From NCBI GenBank assembly GCA_003487265.1, contig DNEP01000013.1, positions 230,706-294,705 on the forward strand: a stretch of DNA of 64,000 nt, written 5' to 3'. Positions within the stretch are counted from its first letter, which is position 1. Each line of letters begins with the position of its first letter. The notes under the pieces are model-generated. The model saw nothing but the letters and a program-made list of their open reading frames with translations. It was not told where the DNA came from and did no database searches. A program made the position numbers and the translations under genes. The DNA comes from Minisyncoccota bacterium (GTDB lineage Bacteria; Patescibacteriota; Microgenomatia; UBA1400; UBA12028). Of this stretch, positions 45,971 through 55,348 are shown in pieces.

Positions 45971-46801
45971 TTATCCAACAGTGTTCATGCTCATACGAAT
46001 CTCATGATCTGATACTTGAGCCTCATGTGGAGTTAAGCCTTTGTGCTCAACTGCAATTGTTGAAATTTTTCCTGAATCACGGGTCACGTCGGTTTTATTG
46101 GAAAATTCAACATTTGATACGTATTTTAATAGTTTTTTTTGAGCTACTACTGCGTAAGGATCCGAAATTCCATACGGGGATAACATACCACCAACAGTAT
46201 ATAAAACGTTATAGTCTTCCTGCCCAAGCCACACCTCTCGTGCTCCTACAACAGCAAGATAATGTCCCACCTTCCCAGAAGATATATACGGCGCAAATAT
46301 TGGAGCTTGAATCAAAAGAAATTTTTGATTTGATAGAGTGTTCTGAATCCTTTCGGGTAATTCTGCGGGCTCAACAAACACCTCGTCCGTTTCGCATTCA
46401 TTAGCAACCAACTCCGAAAAATCGGAACCAATTGTAGACTCTCCTTTAGAAAGTTTGGCACGAAGAATAGCGTAAAGAAGTTGCCAATCCATTTTGCAGT
46501 TCATTACCTTAGATTGAAACCAATCAAACCCACACAGCAAAGCAACCGGAAAACATAGATAAAACCCTTGACCTTGAGTATCGGTGCGAATTAATTCTTG
46601 TATTTGTTTCCAGTTGTCTTGAAATAACAGTCTCCTCTCATCCGCATGACTCACATATTCAACAGGTAATTGTTTCTTATTCCATTCCATCATTCGTTGA
46701 ATTTCTTCTTGTGATGGATTGCGAAGCTCCATTGCCTGACTTAATTGATTATTTCGCACACACCAATTCCAATACCCTTGCTGGAACGATTCTAAACTCA
46801 T
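45971..46801 (-). CDS. Hypothetical protein with papain-like (C39/BtrH-like) Cys-His-Asp arrangement
   Basis: Motif QGQGFYLCFPVAL (Gln about 7 residues before Cys), GHYLAVVGA and a downstream QEDYN Asp. Confidence 0.35.
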   Translation of the reverse strand: MSLESFQQGYWNWCVRNNQLSQAMELRNPSQEEIQRMMEWNKKQLPVEYVSHADERRLLFQDNWKQIQELIRTDTQGQGFYLCFPVALLCGFDWFQSKVMNCKMDWQLLYAILRAKLSKGESTIGSDFSELVANECETDEVFVEPAELPERIQNTLSNQKFLLIQAPIFAPYISSGKVGHYLAVVGAREVWLGQEDYNVLYTVGGMLSPYGISDPYAVVAQKKLLKYVSNVEFSNKTDVTRDSGKISTIAVEHKGLTPHEAQVSDHEIRMSMNTVG

Positions 46802-48234
46802 ATCTTCTCTTTTGCTTCTCGCAGTCGCTCAATCGTCTTCTCTCGCCCCAACACCTCCATCGTTTCAAACAGGGGTGGAGTCGCGGTTTTTCCCGTAACA
46901 GCAACGCGAATCATCATAAAATATTGTGATTTTTTCCAGTCGTATTTTTCTTGCAATGATCGCAAACATGTTTCAAGCTCAGCAACACTCCATTGCGACA
47001 GTTGTTCAAGCTCAGCAATTGTTCGCGTAAGTTGTTCTGTCACCACACCCGCTTCAGATTTTTTCAACAATTCAGCAGGATTAACCGAAATATCTCGATA
47101 GAAAAAGTCGGTGAGCGATTCGAGATCACTTAAAAGCACCAAGCGTTCGCGAACCAATGGCAAGATTTTCCCCATGAGATCCATTGGAAAATCGGTGGGG
47201 GTAAACGGTTGTAATGCTTCAATGAGCTGGTCCTGCGTCAATTTTTCGCGAATATAGATGCCGTTCATCCATGCGAGTTTATTCAAATCAAAAATAGGAC
47301 CAGTTGTTTGCATACGATCAATTGTGAACACGCGTCGAAACTCATCGAGATTGAAGATGTCCTTTCCCTCAGGATGCGACCATCCCATCAAACATAAAAA
47401 GTTGATCAAGGCTTCGGGAATATATCCCTTGTTCATATAACTAATCAGCGACACATCATTTTTTCGTTTTGAAAGTTTCGAGTGATCGGCATTCCGAAGT
47501 AACGGCATGTGCGCGAAAGTTGGTGTCTCCCACCCAAAAGCCTCATACAAAAACAAATGTTTTGGTGTTGAGCTGATCCATTCTTCACCTCGAATCACAT
47601 GCGAAATCTGCATCATATGATCATCAACAACAACGGCGAAGTGATAGGTTGGAAATCCATCTGACTTCAACAGAACTTGATCATCAATCAGCGCATACTC
47701 AAACGAAACGTGACCCCGAATCGCATCCTCCCATTCAGCTTTTCCTGAATCGGGCATACGCAAACGAACAACGTGTTTTTCATGTTTGGCGCGCTTCTTG
47801 GCCTCCGCATAGGGGATATGCGAGCATCGCCCATCGTACATTGGAAGTTGCTTCTGTTTTTGTTGCTCAGCGCGCATAGCCTGCAACTCTTCTGGCGAAC
47901 AAAAACAATAATACGCCGTTCCGTTCTCCAAGAGTGTCTCAACATGCTGATGATAAATCTCTAGTCGCTCCGACTGTCGATATGGTTCAAACGGGCCTCC
48001 CAAATCAACACCTTCGTCGTGAGGAATCTTCAACCAAGTAAGTGCATCGTAAATAACCTGCTCCGCGCCCTCAACAAACCGCCCTCTGTCCGTATCTTCG
48101 ATACGAATAATAAATTTTCCATTATGATTTTTCGCAAACACGTAGTTGAATAACGCGATATACGCAGTTCCAACATGTGCAATCCCTGTCGGAGAGGGGG
48201 CGATACGGGTTCGAACGGTTAAAAAGGAACTCAT
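46798..48234 (-). CDS. gltX: Glutamate--tRNA ligase
   Basis: HIGH-type motif (PSPTGIAHVGTA) and KMSKS-type motif (KLSKRK). 478 aa. Confidence 0.95.
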   Translation of the reverse strand: MSSFLTVRTRIAPSPTGIAHVGTAYIALFNYVFAKNHNGKFIIRIEDTDRGRFVEGAEQVIYDALTWLKIPHDEGVDLGGPFEPYRQSERLEIYHQHVETLLENGTAYYCFCSPEELQAMRAEQQKQKQLPMYDGRCSHIPYAEAKKRAKHEKHVVRLRMPDSGKAEWEDAIRGHVSFEYALIDDQVLLKSDGFPTYHFAVVVDDHMMQISHVIRGEEWISSTPKHLFLYEAFGWETPTFAHMPLLRNADHSKLSKRKNDVSLISYMNKGYIPEALINFLCLMGWSHPEGKDIFNLDEFRRVFTIDRMQTTGPIFDLNKLAWMNGIYIREKLTQDQLIEALQPFTPTDFPMDLMGKILPLVRERLVLLSDLESLTDFFYRDISVNPAELLKKSEAGVVTEQLTRTIAELEQLSQWSVAELETCLRSLQEKYDWKKSQYFMMIRVAVTGKTATPPLFETMEVLGREKTIERLREAKEKI

Positions 48235-49342
48235 GGCGCGTATTGTATCAGATTTTGATATGATGATTGATATGGAGAACGAGTCCTCGGCGGTAACGTT
48301 AAGCGATGTCGCGTACGTGTCGCGACTGACTATTAAATGGGGAACGATTGGGTTTATCGTTCTTTTTTTTCTACGAACAATTGTTTCATTGCTCGCATCA
48401 ATTCTGTTGATTTTAAACCCACCTAAGCCACCTGGACCAACCTATGGATTCGGCATTCTTCCAAAACTCACCTTCGATCAATCGGCGTTCACCGTTTCTA
48501 GTATTTCCGATGAGATTCCCTCAAGTAACAAAGCGTCAATTACAGAAACACAACTTCCTGTCTATTTTGTTCCAGAAAAAAAGATTCATCTGTTTTCGAA
48601 TGCTGAAGCAAATACGATTGCCAAAGCATTTGGATTTCTCGAACCAAGCGTTTTAGACGAAAAAACGACCTACACTTGGACAACCTCGCAACCGATGCAT
48701 ACACAACTCAAAATGGATGTCAGCACTAAACAGTTTTCGTTAACAACCGACTGGATCAATCACCTCGACAAGTTTTCTGGTCAACCCATGCAAAAACCAC
48801 AGGCTATCGCACAGTTACGATCTACATTGCGAACTGCCGAAATTTTGTCGCCCGACATTGCGACCAGTGAAGCGAAAACGCAATATCTCACTGTGCAGGG
48901 AACAGAGTTTAGTCCTGTCGACAACGTAAGTGACGCGCAATTTATCCGCGTTGATCTTTTTCGATCTTCCATTCTTTCGCGCTATCCCGTATATCGCACA
49001 AATCCTTCAGAGGGAAGCGTGTGGGCAATTTTTTCGGGAGCAACAGACAACGCACTTCGCATTCTCCAAGCATCATATCAGTTGAAAACCGTTGAATATG
49101 ATCAATCAGAAACATATCCCATACTGACTCCCGAAGAAGCAGTTTCACGCGTTGTACGAGGGGAAGGATATGTTGCTCAATACTCCGGAAGCACCGGTCA
49201 GGGTGTTGTACGAAGGATGTTTCTTGCGTATTTTGAAGAAAATGTTTCGCAACAGTATCTCCAACCCATGTATGTGTTCACGGGAGACGACGGTCTCGTG
49301 GTGTATTTACCTGCAGTTGTATCAACTCCTCCAAAAAAATAA
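48233..49342 (+). CDS. Hypothetical membrane-anchored protein
   Basis: AAAGGA RBS. The ATG at 48233 overlaps the gltX start as CATG. One TM helix (IGFIVLFFLRTIVSLLASILLIL) followed by a soluble domain of about 300 aa. Confidence 0.5.
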   Translation: MARIVSDFDMMIDMENESSAVTLSDVAYVSRLTIKWGTIGFIVLFFLRTIVSLLASILLILNPPKPPGPTYGFGILPKLTFDQSAFTVSSISDEIPSSNKASITETQLPVYFVPEKKIHLFSNAEANTIAKAFGFLEPSVLDEKTTYTWTTSQPMHTQLKMDVSTKQFSLTTDWINHLDKFSGQPMQKPQAIAQLRSTLRTAEILSPDIATSEAKTQYLTVQGTEFSPVDNVSDAQFIRVDLFRSSILSRYPVYRTNPSEGSVWAIFSGATDNALRILQASYQLKTVEYDQSETYPILTPEEAVSRVVRGEGYVAQYSGSTGQGVVRRMFLAYFEENVSQQYLQPMYVFTGDDGLVVYLPAVVSTPPKK

Positions 49343-49353
49343 CGTTCTGTGTA

Positions 49354-50352
49354 TTATTCGACTTGATACATTTTCCATTCGTGTGCATTGAATGCCCATT
49401 CGATCAATGTACGTGTTTCTCCAAATCGATCATCGCTTGCCAGCACGACGGTGATTATTGTGTGACCATCTCGAGTTGTTTGCGTTACTAAACACTCTCC
49501 CGCTTGATCGGTCCACCCCGTTTTTATTCCTTCAATTCCTTCAATGCGAGATAACAATTGATTCGTTGATTCAATTGTTCGTTCCTGTCCTGATTTTTGC
49601 TCTACGATACGCGCAGATTTTAGCCTGACAATTTCTTGAAAGACTTCATTTTTCATCGCCACTCGCGCTAAGGTCGCAATATCCCGCGCGGTTGTGCTGT
49701 GCCCTTCTTGTTCAACGCCTGAAACATTCAAATATGTTGTGTGATTCATCGATAATTCTTTCGCACGTTGATTCATTCGTTGAACAAATGCAAAGTATCC
49801 ACCCTCATACGCCGAAGCAAGTGCAAATGCCGCGTCGTTCCCCGAAGGAATAAGCGTTGCCTTTAACAAATCGGAAATGGTGTACTGCTCGCCTGTTTGA
49901 AGATGTGCTGTGTTTCCAATCGCTTGACTTTCTTCCTGAATAGTAACAACTCGAGAAGGATCGTATGACTCGATTGCAACGAGTGCGGTCATCATTTTTG
50001 TAAGCGATGCTGGATATCGAGATTCATCTGGATTTTTTTCAAAGAGGACGGCACCGGACTCGCGATCAATGATCATGATGGAATTCGCGGTAAACTGTTC
50101 TTTTGTGAGGGTGTTTTTTGTTCGAGTTGGCAACAATACTTCTGTCGGGAGAGTGAAGAGTTCTTGCCGTATACGAGGAGGTTCGTACTCGTATCGCACA
50201 GCGTGAATGGGATGGAAGGGTTGATGAAAAAACAAAAACATCGTGAATAAAAGCGCGTACCATTTTGTGAAAAAGAATCGAAAAAACTGCGATACTCGCA
50301 ACTGTTCTATTTTTTGTGTTTTTCCACTATGTTTTCGGGGTTGTTTCTTCAA
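49354..50352 (-). CDS. dacA: D-alanyl-D-alanine carboxypeptidase (peptidase S11, PBP5/DacA-like)
   Basis: SxxK (ASLTKMM), SGN (LIPSGND) and KTG (KTGWT) motifs. N-terminal signal anchor. Apparent TTG start. Confidence 0.85.
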   Translation of the reverse strand: MKKQPRKHSGKTQKIEQLRVSQFFRFFFTKWYALLFTMFLFFHQPFHPIHAVRYEYEPPRIRQELFTLPTEVLLPTRTKNTLTKEQFTANSIMIIDRESGAVLFEKNPDESRYPASLTKMMTALVAIESYDPSRVVTIQEESQAIGNTAHLQTGEQYTISDLLKATLIPSGNDAAFALASAYEGGYFAFVQRMNQRAKELSMNHTTYLNVSGVEQEGHSTTARDIATLARVAMKNEVFQEIVRLKSARIVEQKSGQERTIESTNQLLSRIEGIEGIKTGWTDQAGECLVTQTTRDGHTIITVVLASDDRFGETRTLIEWAFNAHEWKMYQVE

Positions 50353-51739
50353 GCTTCACTCCCAACTCTTGCAGTTGTTCTGCATGCACACGTGCAGGAG
50401 CATCCATTATCGCTGTTTTTCCCGAAGAAGTCATTGGGAACGCAGTCGCCTCTTTTAACGAGGTTTCCTGTGCAAGCAACATCGCCAATCGATCTATTCC
50501 CAACGCAATCCCACCATGCGGTGGTGTGCCCGAACGAAATGCCTCAAACATATGTCCAACCTGCGCTTGAATTTCTTGATCAGAATATCCCATAATTTTA
50601 AATGTTGCGGACAACAATTCGGGGGTATGCGCGCGCACGCTACCACCACCAACCTCGAATCCATTACACACAAGATCGTACTGCGCTGTCTCGATCTCAC
50701 CAATATGTTCACCGTTGAGATGCCATGCCATATGTTCCGCGATTGGCGTGCTGAACGGATTATGCGTGAAAGTCCATCCGCTTTTTCCATCGCGTTTTTC
50801 GGCCTCATCGGCTACATCAACCTTCTTGAAAAAGGGGAAGCCGACTACCCACGCAAATGCCAAAACCCCTTGTTGTTTTTCTTCTTCAGTGCGAAGGTCA
50901 AACTTATCCGCACCATATTTGGCGATCGCATCTTTGTATCGAATAACGGGAAATGGTTCTTGTTTGAGTACTCCACCAACTGCCTTCACAGCGAATGTCA
51001 CCGCCTGCTCAACAATCCGCATAATCTCTTCTTGTGATGAAAAACTCATTTCGAGATCAAGTTGTGTGAACTCAAATCCACGATCCGCGCGAAGATCTTC
51101 ATCGCGAATACATCGTGCGAATTGAATGTATCGCTCAAACCCCGCCGTCATAAGGAGTTGTTTGTATTGTTGCGGACTTTGGGGAAGCGCATAAAATTTC
51201 CCTTTTTGAAGACGAGAGGGGACAAGGAAATCGCGGGCGCCTTCTTTTGTTGACTTTGTTAACATTGGCGTTTCAATCTCAACAAAATCGTGATCATAGA
51301 AGAATTCGCGAAGCTTGTGTGAAAACGTCGAACGCTTTCGTAACGTTTTTTGCATGCGTTCACGTCTGAGGTCAATGTAGCGATATTTCAATCGAATTTC
51401 TTCAGAAATATCTTTTCCATCACCTTGGACTTCAATTGGGAGAAGTGTTGCTTTGTTTAATACACTATACGAAAGTACCTCGATTTCGATTGTTCCTGTT
51501 GGAATATTCGGATTGATGAGTTTTTCGGGGCGCTCTTTTACTTTTCCAACAAGCTCCACAACCGATTCTGGGGTGAGTTCGCCCATCATTTGATATCCAA
51601 CACACTGAACTTTTCCCGATCTATCGCGCAAATCAATGAAGGTTAGTTTTCCGTGATCGCGTTTGATATCAACCCAACCTTGGAGTAATACTTGTTCGCC
51701 AATATGATTTTTTGATTCAGAAATAAGTGTCCTATGCAT
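50327..51739 (-). CDS. aspS: Aspartate--tRNA ligase (short form, 470 aa)
   Basis: Class II aaRS motifs (FTQLDLEMSF, GFEVGGGSVRAH, GGIALGIDRLAMLL) and an N-terminal OB anticodon-binding domain. GGAGG RBS. Confidence 0.93.
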   Translation of the reverse strand: MHRTLISESKNHIGEQVLLQGWVDIKRDHGKLTFIDLRDRSGKVQCVGYQMMGELTPESVVELVGKVKERPEKLINPNIPTGTIEIEVLSYSVLNKATLLPIEVQGDGKDISEEIRLKYRYIDLRRERMQKTLRKRSTFSHKLREFFYDHDFVEIETPMLTKSTKEGARDFLVPSRLQKGKFYALPQSPQQYKQLLMTAGFERYIQFARCIRDEDLRADRGFEFTQLDLEMSFSSQEEIMRIVEQAVTFAVKAVGGVLKQEPFPVIRYKDAIAKYGADKFDLRTEEEKQQGVLAFAWVVGFPFFKKVDVADEAEKRDGKSGWTFTHNPFSTPIAEHMAWHLNGEHIGEIETAQYDLVCNGFEVGGGSVRAHTPELLSATFKIMGYSDQEIQAQVGHMFEAFRSGTPPHGGIALGIDRLAMLLAQETSLKEATAFPMTSSGKTAIMDAPARVHAEQLQELGVKLEETTPKT

Positions 51740-51789
51740 GTGCCTCCAAAAAAGAAAATCTGATGAGAAGATACCACAGCATCAACATA

Positions 51790-51818
51790 TTGACAACGCG
51801 CGAATCTTTTTATATGAT
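51790..51818 (+). promoter_or_regulatory. Sigma-70-like promoter TTGACA-N17-TATGAT
   Basis: Near-consensus -35 and -10 hexamers with a 17-nt spacer on the plus strand, in the 390-bp aspS/recJ intergenic region. Confidence 0.4.
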
Positions 51819-51920
51819 CCTTCTCATGTTTTCTATGTGTAAACACCAGATTACCTTTATTCTTCGTTGGAACGAGGGGGTTTTGGTGCAATAGAAAACA
51901 ATCACATTGTAAAAGCCAAA

Positions 51921-51947
51921 ACCTCCGAATACACGGAGGTTTTTTTG
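51921..51947 (+). terminator. Intrinsic terminator hairpin CCTCCG-AATACA-CGGAGG + T7 (could also act on the minus strand for recJ)
   Basis: Sequence aaaaCCTCCGaatacaCGGAGGttttttt. The reverse complement also has a partial T-run (TTTTGGCTTTT), so it may be bidirectional. Confidence 0.5.
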
Positions 51948-52126
51948 TATTTGAAAGGAAAAAATGAGACATGCGGAAGGGTTTCGAGGAAGAGGTGTGG
52001 GCGGATTGGAATCACTTATCCCACATATCGATGCGCGAAGCGACTGGACACCAGAGCTCGCCAGCGCGGTTATTCGAGCAAGACTGGTGCAAATTGTACA
52101 AGAAAGAAAAAATAAAAGGAGACAAA

Positions 52127-52294
52127 ATGAGCGTTGAAAATAGTGGGCCAAAATATATAGACGGACCACAAATGAAATATGTTGCTCCAGAGGTTTTTGT
52201 TCAGGCAATGGCAGCTTTAGCAGAATCCCCCTCTGATCAATTATCACAAATGGAACCAAAGAAAGAACTTGGAGATAATACTTTAATGGCTTAA
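52127..52294 (+). CDS. Hypothetical small protein (55 aa)
   Basis: Strong AAAGGAG RBS 6 nt upstream of the ATG (MSVENSGPKYIDGPQMKYVAPEVFVQAMAALAESPSDQLSQMEPKKELGDNTLMA). This is the internal-start version of track ORF 51971-52294. Confidence 0.35.
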   Translation: MSVENSGPKYIDGPQMKYVAPEVFVQAMAALAESPSDQLSQMEPKKELGDNTLMA

Positions 52295-53985
52295 TCAGCT
52301 CGCTTCATTCTCAGCTGGACCGACTCGGATCCATTCCACCGGTTCAGCTGAAGCGAGACGATACTGTCGATCCCCGCTTTCTCTCGCAAACGATCCTCCG
52401 TTTCCAGATCGCAACCAAACCACATCGCTTGAATTGTTGATCCAGTGTGCAATCGAACGATCAACTTGAGATGTTGTTTTTCTCGTCCAACGCGAGTCAT
52501 GGAAATAATCGTCAAGTCTTTTACAAGAAAAACTGGAGGAAAGTTTTCTTGACCATATGGCTCGAACTTTTCAAGCATTTGCGCGGTCTCGGTTACGATG
52601 AGCTCATGTGGAAGAACGCAATCAACTTCCACAGAATCAACGAGTAAGGCGGGATCAATCGTTTTTTCAGCAAGTTGAAAGACGTGTGAGCGAAAATCCT
52701 CAAGTTTCTGATGCGTAAGGGAAAATCCGCACGCCATCGGATGACCACCGATATCGATAAGATCTTCACGAACCTTGCGCAAAAAATCTGTAAGATGAAT
52801 TCCGCGGATCGAACGACCACTCCCTTTAATCGAGCGCTGACCAATACTTAACGCAAGTGCGGGGCGGTGATATTTTTCTGAAAGTTTTCCCGCAATGAGT
52901 CCAATCACCCCCTCGTGATACTCTTCGCTCGCCACCACTATTATTGATGATAGCGATGTTTCCTCAACTGAAGAAATCGCATCTTCTAATGCTTGTGAAA
53001 CTAAATCTTGGCGATCGGTGTTCGTTTTGTTTAATACCGAAGCGTATTTTTGCGCCACAGATAATTTTTCTGAAACCATAAAACGGAGCGCGTCCATTGC
53101 ATCGGCGATACGACCCATCGCGTTAATGCGAGGAACGATTCCATAATTTACGGTTTGAGCGGTGATTTCTTGTTGTTTGATCTGCGCGATCTCGAATAAC
53201 GCCAACAAACTCGGACGCGATGTGTGTTTTACGGCCTGTAGTCCGTGCAATGCAAAACTTCTATTTGCTTCGAGTAACGGAACTTGATCTGCTATCGTGG
53301 CGATACCACATAAATCGAGCAACTCAACGGCATATTGTGCGGACAGCTCGCGCGCGAGCATCCACGCAACGGTGGTCCCGCATAACTTTGTCGTGTGCAC
53401 GACCGCATCGGCAACTGGAAAACCATCTACATCAACTTGGTGATGGTCGGTAATGATTGTTTGTATCCCCAGCGATCGCAGTCGCTCGAACGGCTTATAC
53501 GCAACGATTCCGTTATCAACCGTGATGATAAGATCTGGTTTTTGTGTTGAAAGAATATCATCAATCGCCAAATCACTTACACCATATCCATGTTTTTCTC
53601 GCGAAGGGATAAATGGTTTTACCTTTGCACCAAGTGAATACAACGTTTTCCACAACACAGTCGTCGCGCAGATCCCATCAGCATCATAATCGCCAAACAC
53701 CAGAATATTTTTTTTGTTTTGAATTGCATCATGAATAATAGAAGTTGCGCGTTGCATCTGCAGGTGATCAATTGCAACCGCGTCAACGGTTATTGTTGAA
53801 GGATGGGTGGGATGAAGGAACTCTTGTTGTTGCTGAGTTGTTTCAAGTCCGCGAAGAGAAAAAAGAATCCTGAGTAGTTTTTCTTGTGAGGTTGGGGCAG
53901 ATTGTTGACGAAGTACGATCGACATGTGATAGGTATGATACCAGAAACTCGCACAAATATTTGTTATGATAACCATGTGAATCAT
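52291..53985 (-). CDS. recJ: Single-stranded-DNA-specific exonuclease RecJ
   Basis: DHH motifs (VFGDYDADGICAT, ITDHHQVD) and a DHHA1 region. An alternative ATG at 53925 would avoid overlap with the divergent cca start. Confidence 0.9.
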   Translation of the reverse strand: MIHMVIITNICASFWYHTYHMSIVLRQQSAPTSQEKLLRILFSLRGLETTQQQQEFLHPTHPSTITVDAVAIDHLQMQRATSIIHDAIQNKKNILVFGDYDADGICATTVLWKTLYSLGAKVKPFIPSREKHGYGVSDLAIDDILSTQKPDLIITVDNGIVAYKPFERLRSLGIQTIITDHHQVDVDGFPVADAVVHTTKLCGTTVAWMLARELSAQYAVELLDLCGIATIADQVPLLEANRSFALHGLQAVKHTSRPSLLALFEIAQIKQQEITAQTVNYGIVPRINAMGRIADAMDALRFMVSEKLSVAQKYASVLNKTNTDRQDLVSQALEDAISSVEETSLSSIIVVASEEYHEGVIGLIAGKLSEKYHRPALALSIGQRSIKGSGRSIRGIHLTDFLRKVREDLIDIGGHPMACGFSLTHQKLEDFRSHVFQLAEKTIDPALLVDSVEVDCVLPHELIVTETAQMLEKFEPYGQENFPPVFLVKDLTIISMTRVGREKQHLKLIVRLHTGSTIQAMWFGCDLETEDRLREKAGIDSIVSLQLNRWNGSESVQLRMKRAD

Positions 53986-55347
53986 CCCATTCCCTCACCA
54001 GTTGCCGAGATTATCAAACGATTCGTTGTTGCAAAATATGAAATCTACATTGTTGGTGGCGCAGTTCGCGACATTTTACTGAAACGCGCGGTAAACGATT
54101 GGGACTTCACAACAAATGCTACTCCAGATCAAATTCGCGCATTATTTGGTGACAGCTTTTACGATAATGAGTTTGGAACCGTAGGTGTAGCAGGAAAGTA
54201 CCTCGGTGATGCAGAAAATCCCGAAGAAGTGTACGAAATCACCACCTTTCGATCCGAAGGCCTCTACTCCGACCACCGCCGCCCCGATCAAGTAGTTTGG
54301 GGGTCATCCCTTGACGAAGATCTTCAACGTCGAGACTTCACCATAAACGCGATGGCGATTGGGATTCACGATGGCGCATTTCACCTTTACGATCCTTATG
54401 AGGGCAAAAAAGATTTAGAAGCCAAAACAATTCGCGCAGTTGGTAACCCCAGCGAGCGGTTTGGGGAAGACGGACTCCGCATGATGCGCGCGATCCGATT
54501 TGGCGCACAACTGGGATTTTCAATCGAGATTGAAACGTTGAACGCGATCCAGGCGCACGCGGGTGAACTTCATCACATTAGTTGGGAAAGAATTCGAGAT
54601 GAATTCTTAAAGATCCTCGCGTCCTCGTACCCCGAACAAGGGTTACAACTCTTAGATTCAACGGGATTACTCGCGACAATTCTGCCCGAGTTTCTTGATA
54701 CGAGGGGAGTTGAGCAATCTCGACATCATATCTATGACGTTTGGACACACACAATAAAAGCGGTGCAATCTTGCCCCAGCACCGATCCCATCGTTCGACT
54801 TTCCGTACTTTTGCACGACATTGGAAAACCGCAAACAGCACGACTTGAAAACACAAAAGAAGGAAAGATTTGGACCTTTTTCAATCATGAAGTTGTGGGC
54901 GCTCGAATCGCAAAACGCGTGGCCGACCGATTGCGGTTGTCGAAACGCGAGGCGCAACGCGTGTTTACGCTCGTTCGATGGCATATGTTCGTATACGATC
55001 GCCACATGACCGATGCGTATATTCGTCGTTTTATCCGCAGAGTTGGGATTGAGAATATTCCAGACATGCTCGCACTGCGAGAGGCTGATCGCGTGGGAAG
55101 TGGATCAAATCGAACAAGTTGGAGGCTTGAGGAATTAAAAGAACGCGTTGAAGGTCAGTTGCATCAGCCGTTTAGCATTCGCGATATGGTCGTTGATGGT
55201 GAAGATGTGATGCGCAGTTTGCGCATAAAAGCGGGACCAAAAATCGGGCAAATATTGAAAACTCTTTTTCAGGAAGTGCTGGATGATCCTTCAAAAAATA
55301 CGAGAGAGTACCTTCTTGGAATGATCGAAAAACTCGGAAAAAAATAG
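53935..55347 (+). CDS. cca: CCA-adding tRNA nucleotidyltransferase with HD domain
   Basis: Pol-beta NTase head (IVGGAVRDILL...DWDF) and HD domain (LLHDIGKP). The track start is TTG; the first ATG is at 53935. Confidence 0.85.
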   Translation: MIPETRTNICYDNHVNHPIPSPVAEIIKRFVVAKYEIYIVGGAVRDILLKRAVNDWDFTTNATPDQIRALFGDSFYDNEFGTVGVAGKYLGDAENPEEVYEITTFRSEGLYSDHRRPDQVVWGSSLDEDLQRRDFTINAMAIGIHDGAFHLYDPYEGKKDLEAKTIRAVGNPSERFGEDGLRMMRAIRFGAQLGFSIEIETLNAIQAHAGELHHISWERIRDEFLKILASSYPEQGLQLLDSTGLLATILPEFLDTRGVEQSRHHIYDVWTHTIKAVQSCPSTDPIVRLSVLLHDIGKPQTARLENTKEGKIWTFFNHEVVGARIAKRVADRLRLSKREAQRVFTLVRWHMFVYDRHMTDAYIRRFIRRVGIENIPDMLALREADRVGSGSNRTSWRLEELKERVEGQLHQPFSIRDMVVDGEDVMRSLRIKAGPKIGQILKTLFQEVLDDPSKNTREYLLGMIEKLGKK

Positions 55348-55348
55348 A

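Noticed and set aside
50516-51125. 173-aa and 136-aa plus-strand ORFs within aspS
   Set aside because: Antisense to a class II aaRS with all three signature motifs.
51971-52294. Full-length 107-aa track ORF
   Set aside because: The upstream two-thirds lack an RBS and overlap the terminator-proximal region. The internal start at 52127 with a perfect AAAGGAG SD is more plausible (reported as a 55-aa ORF).
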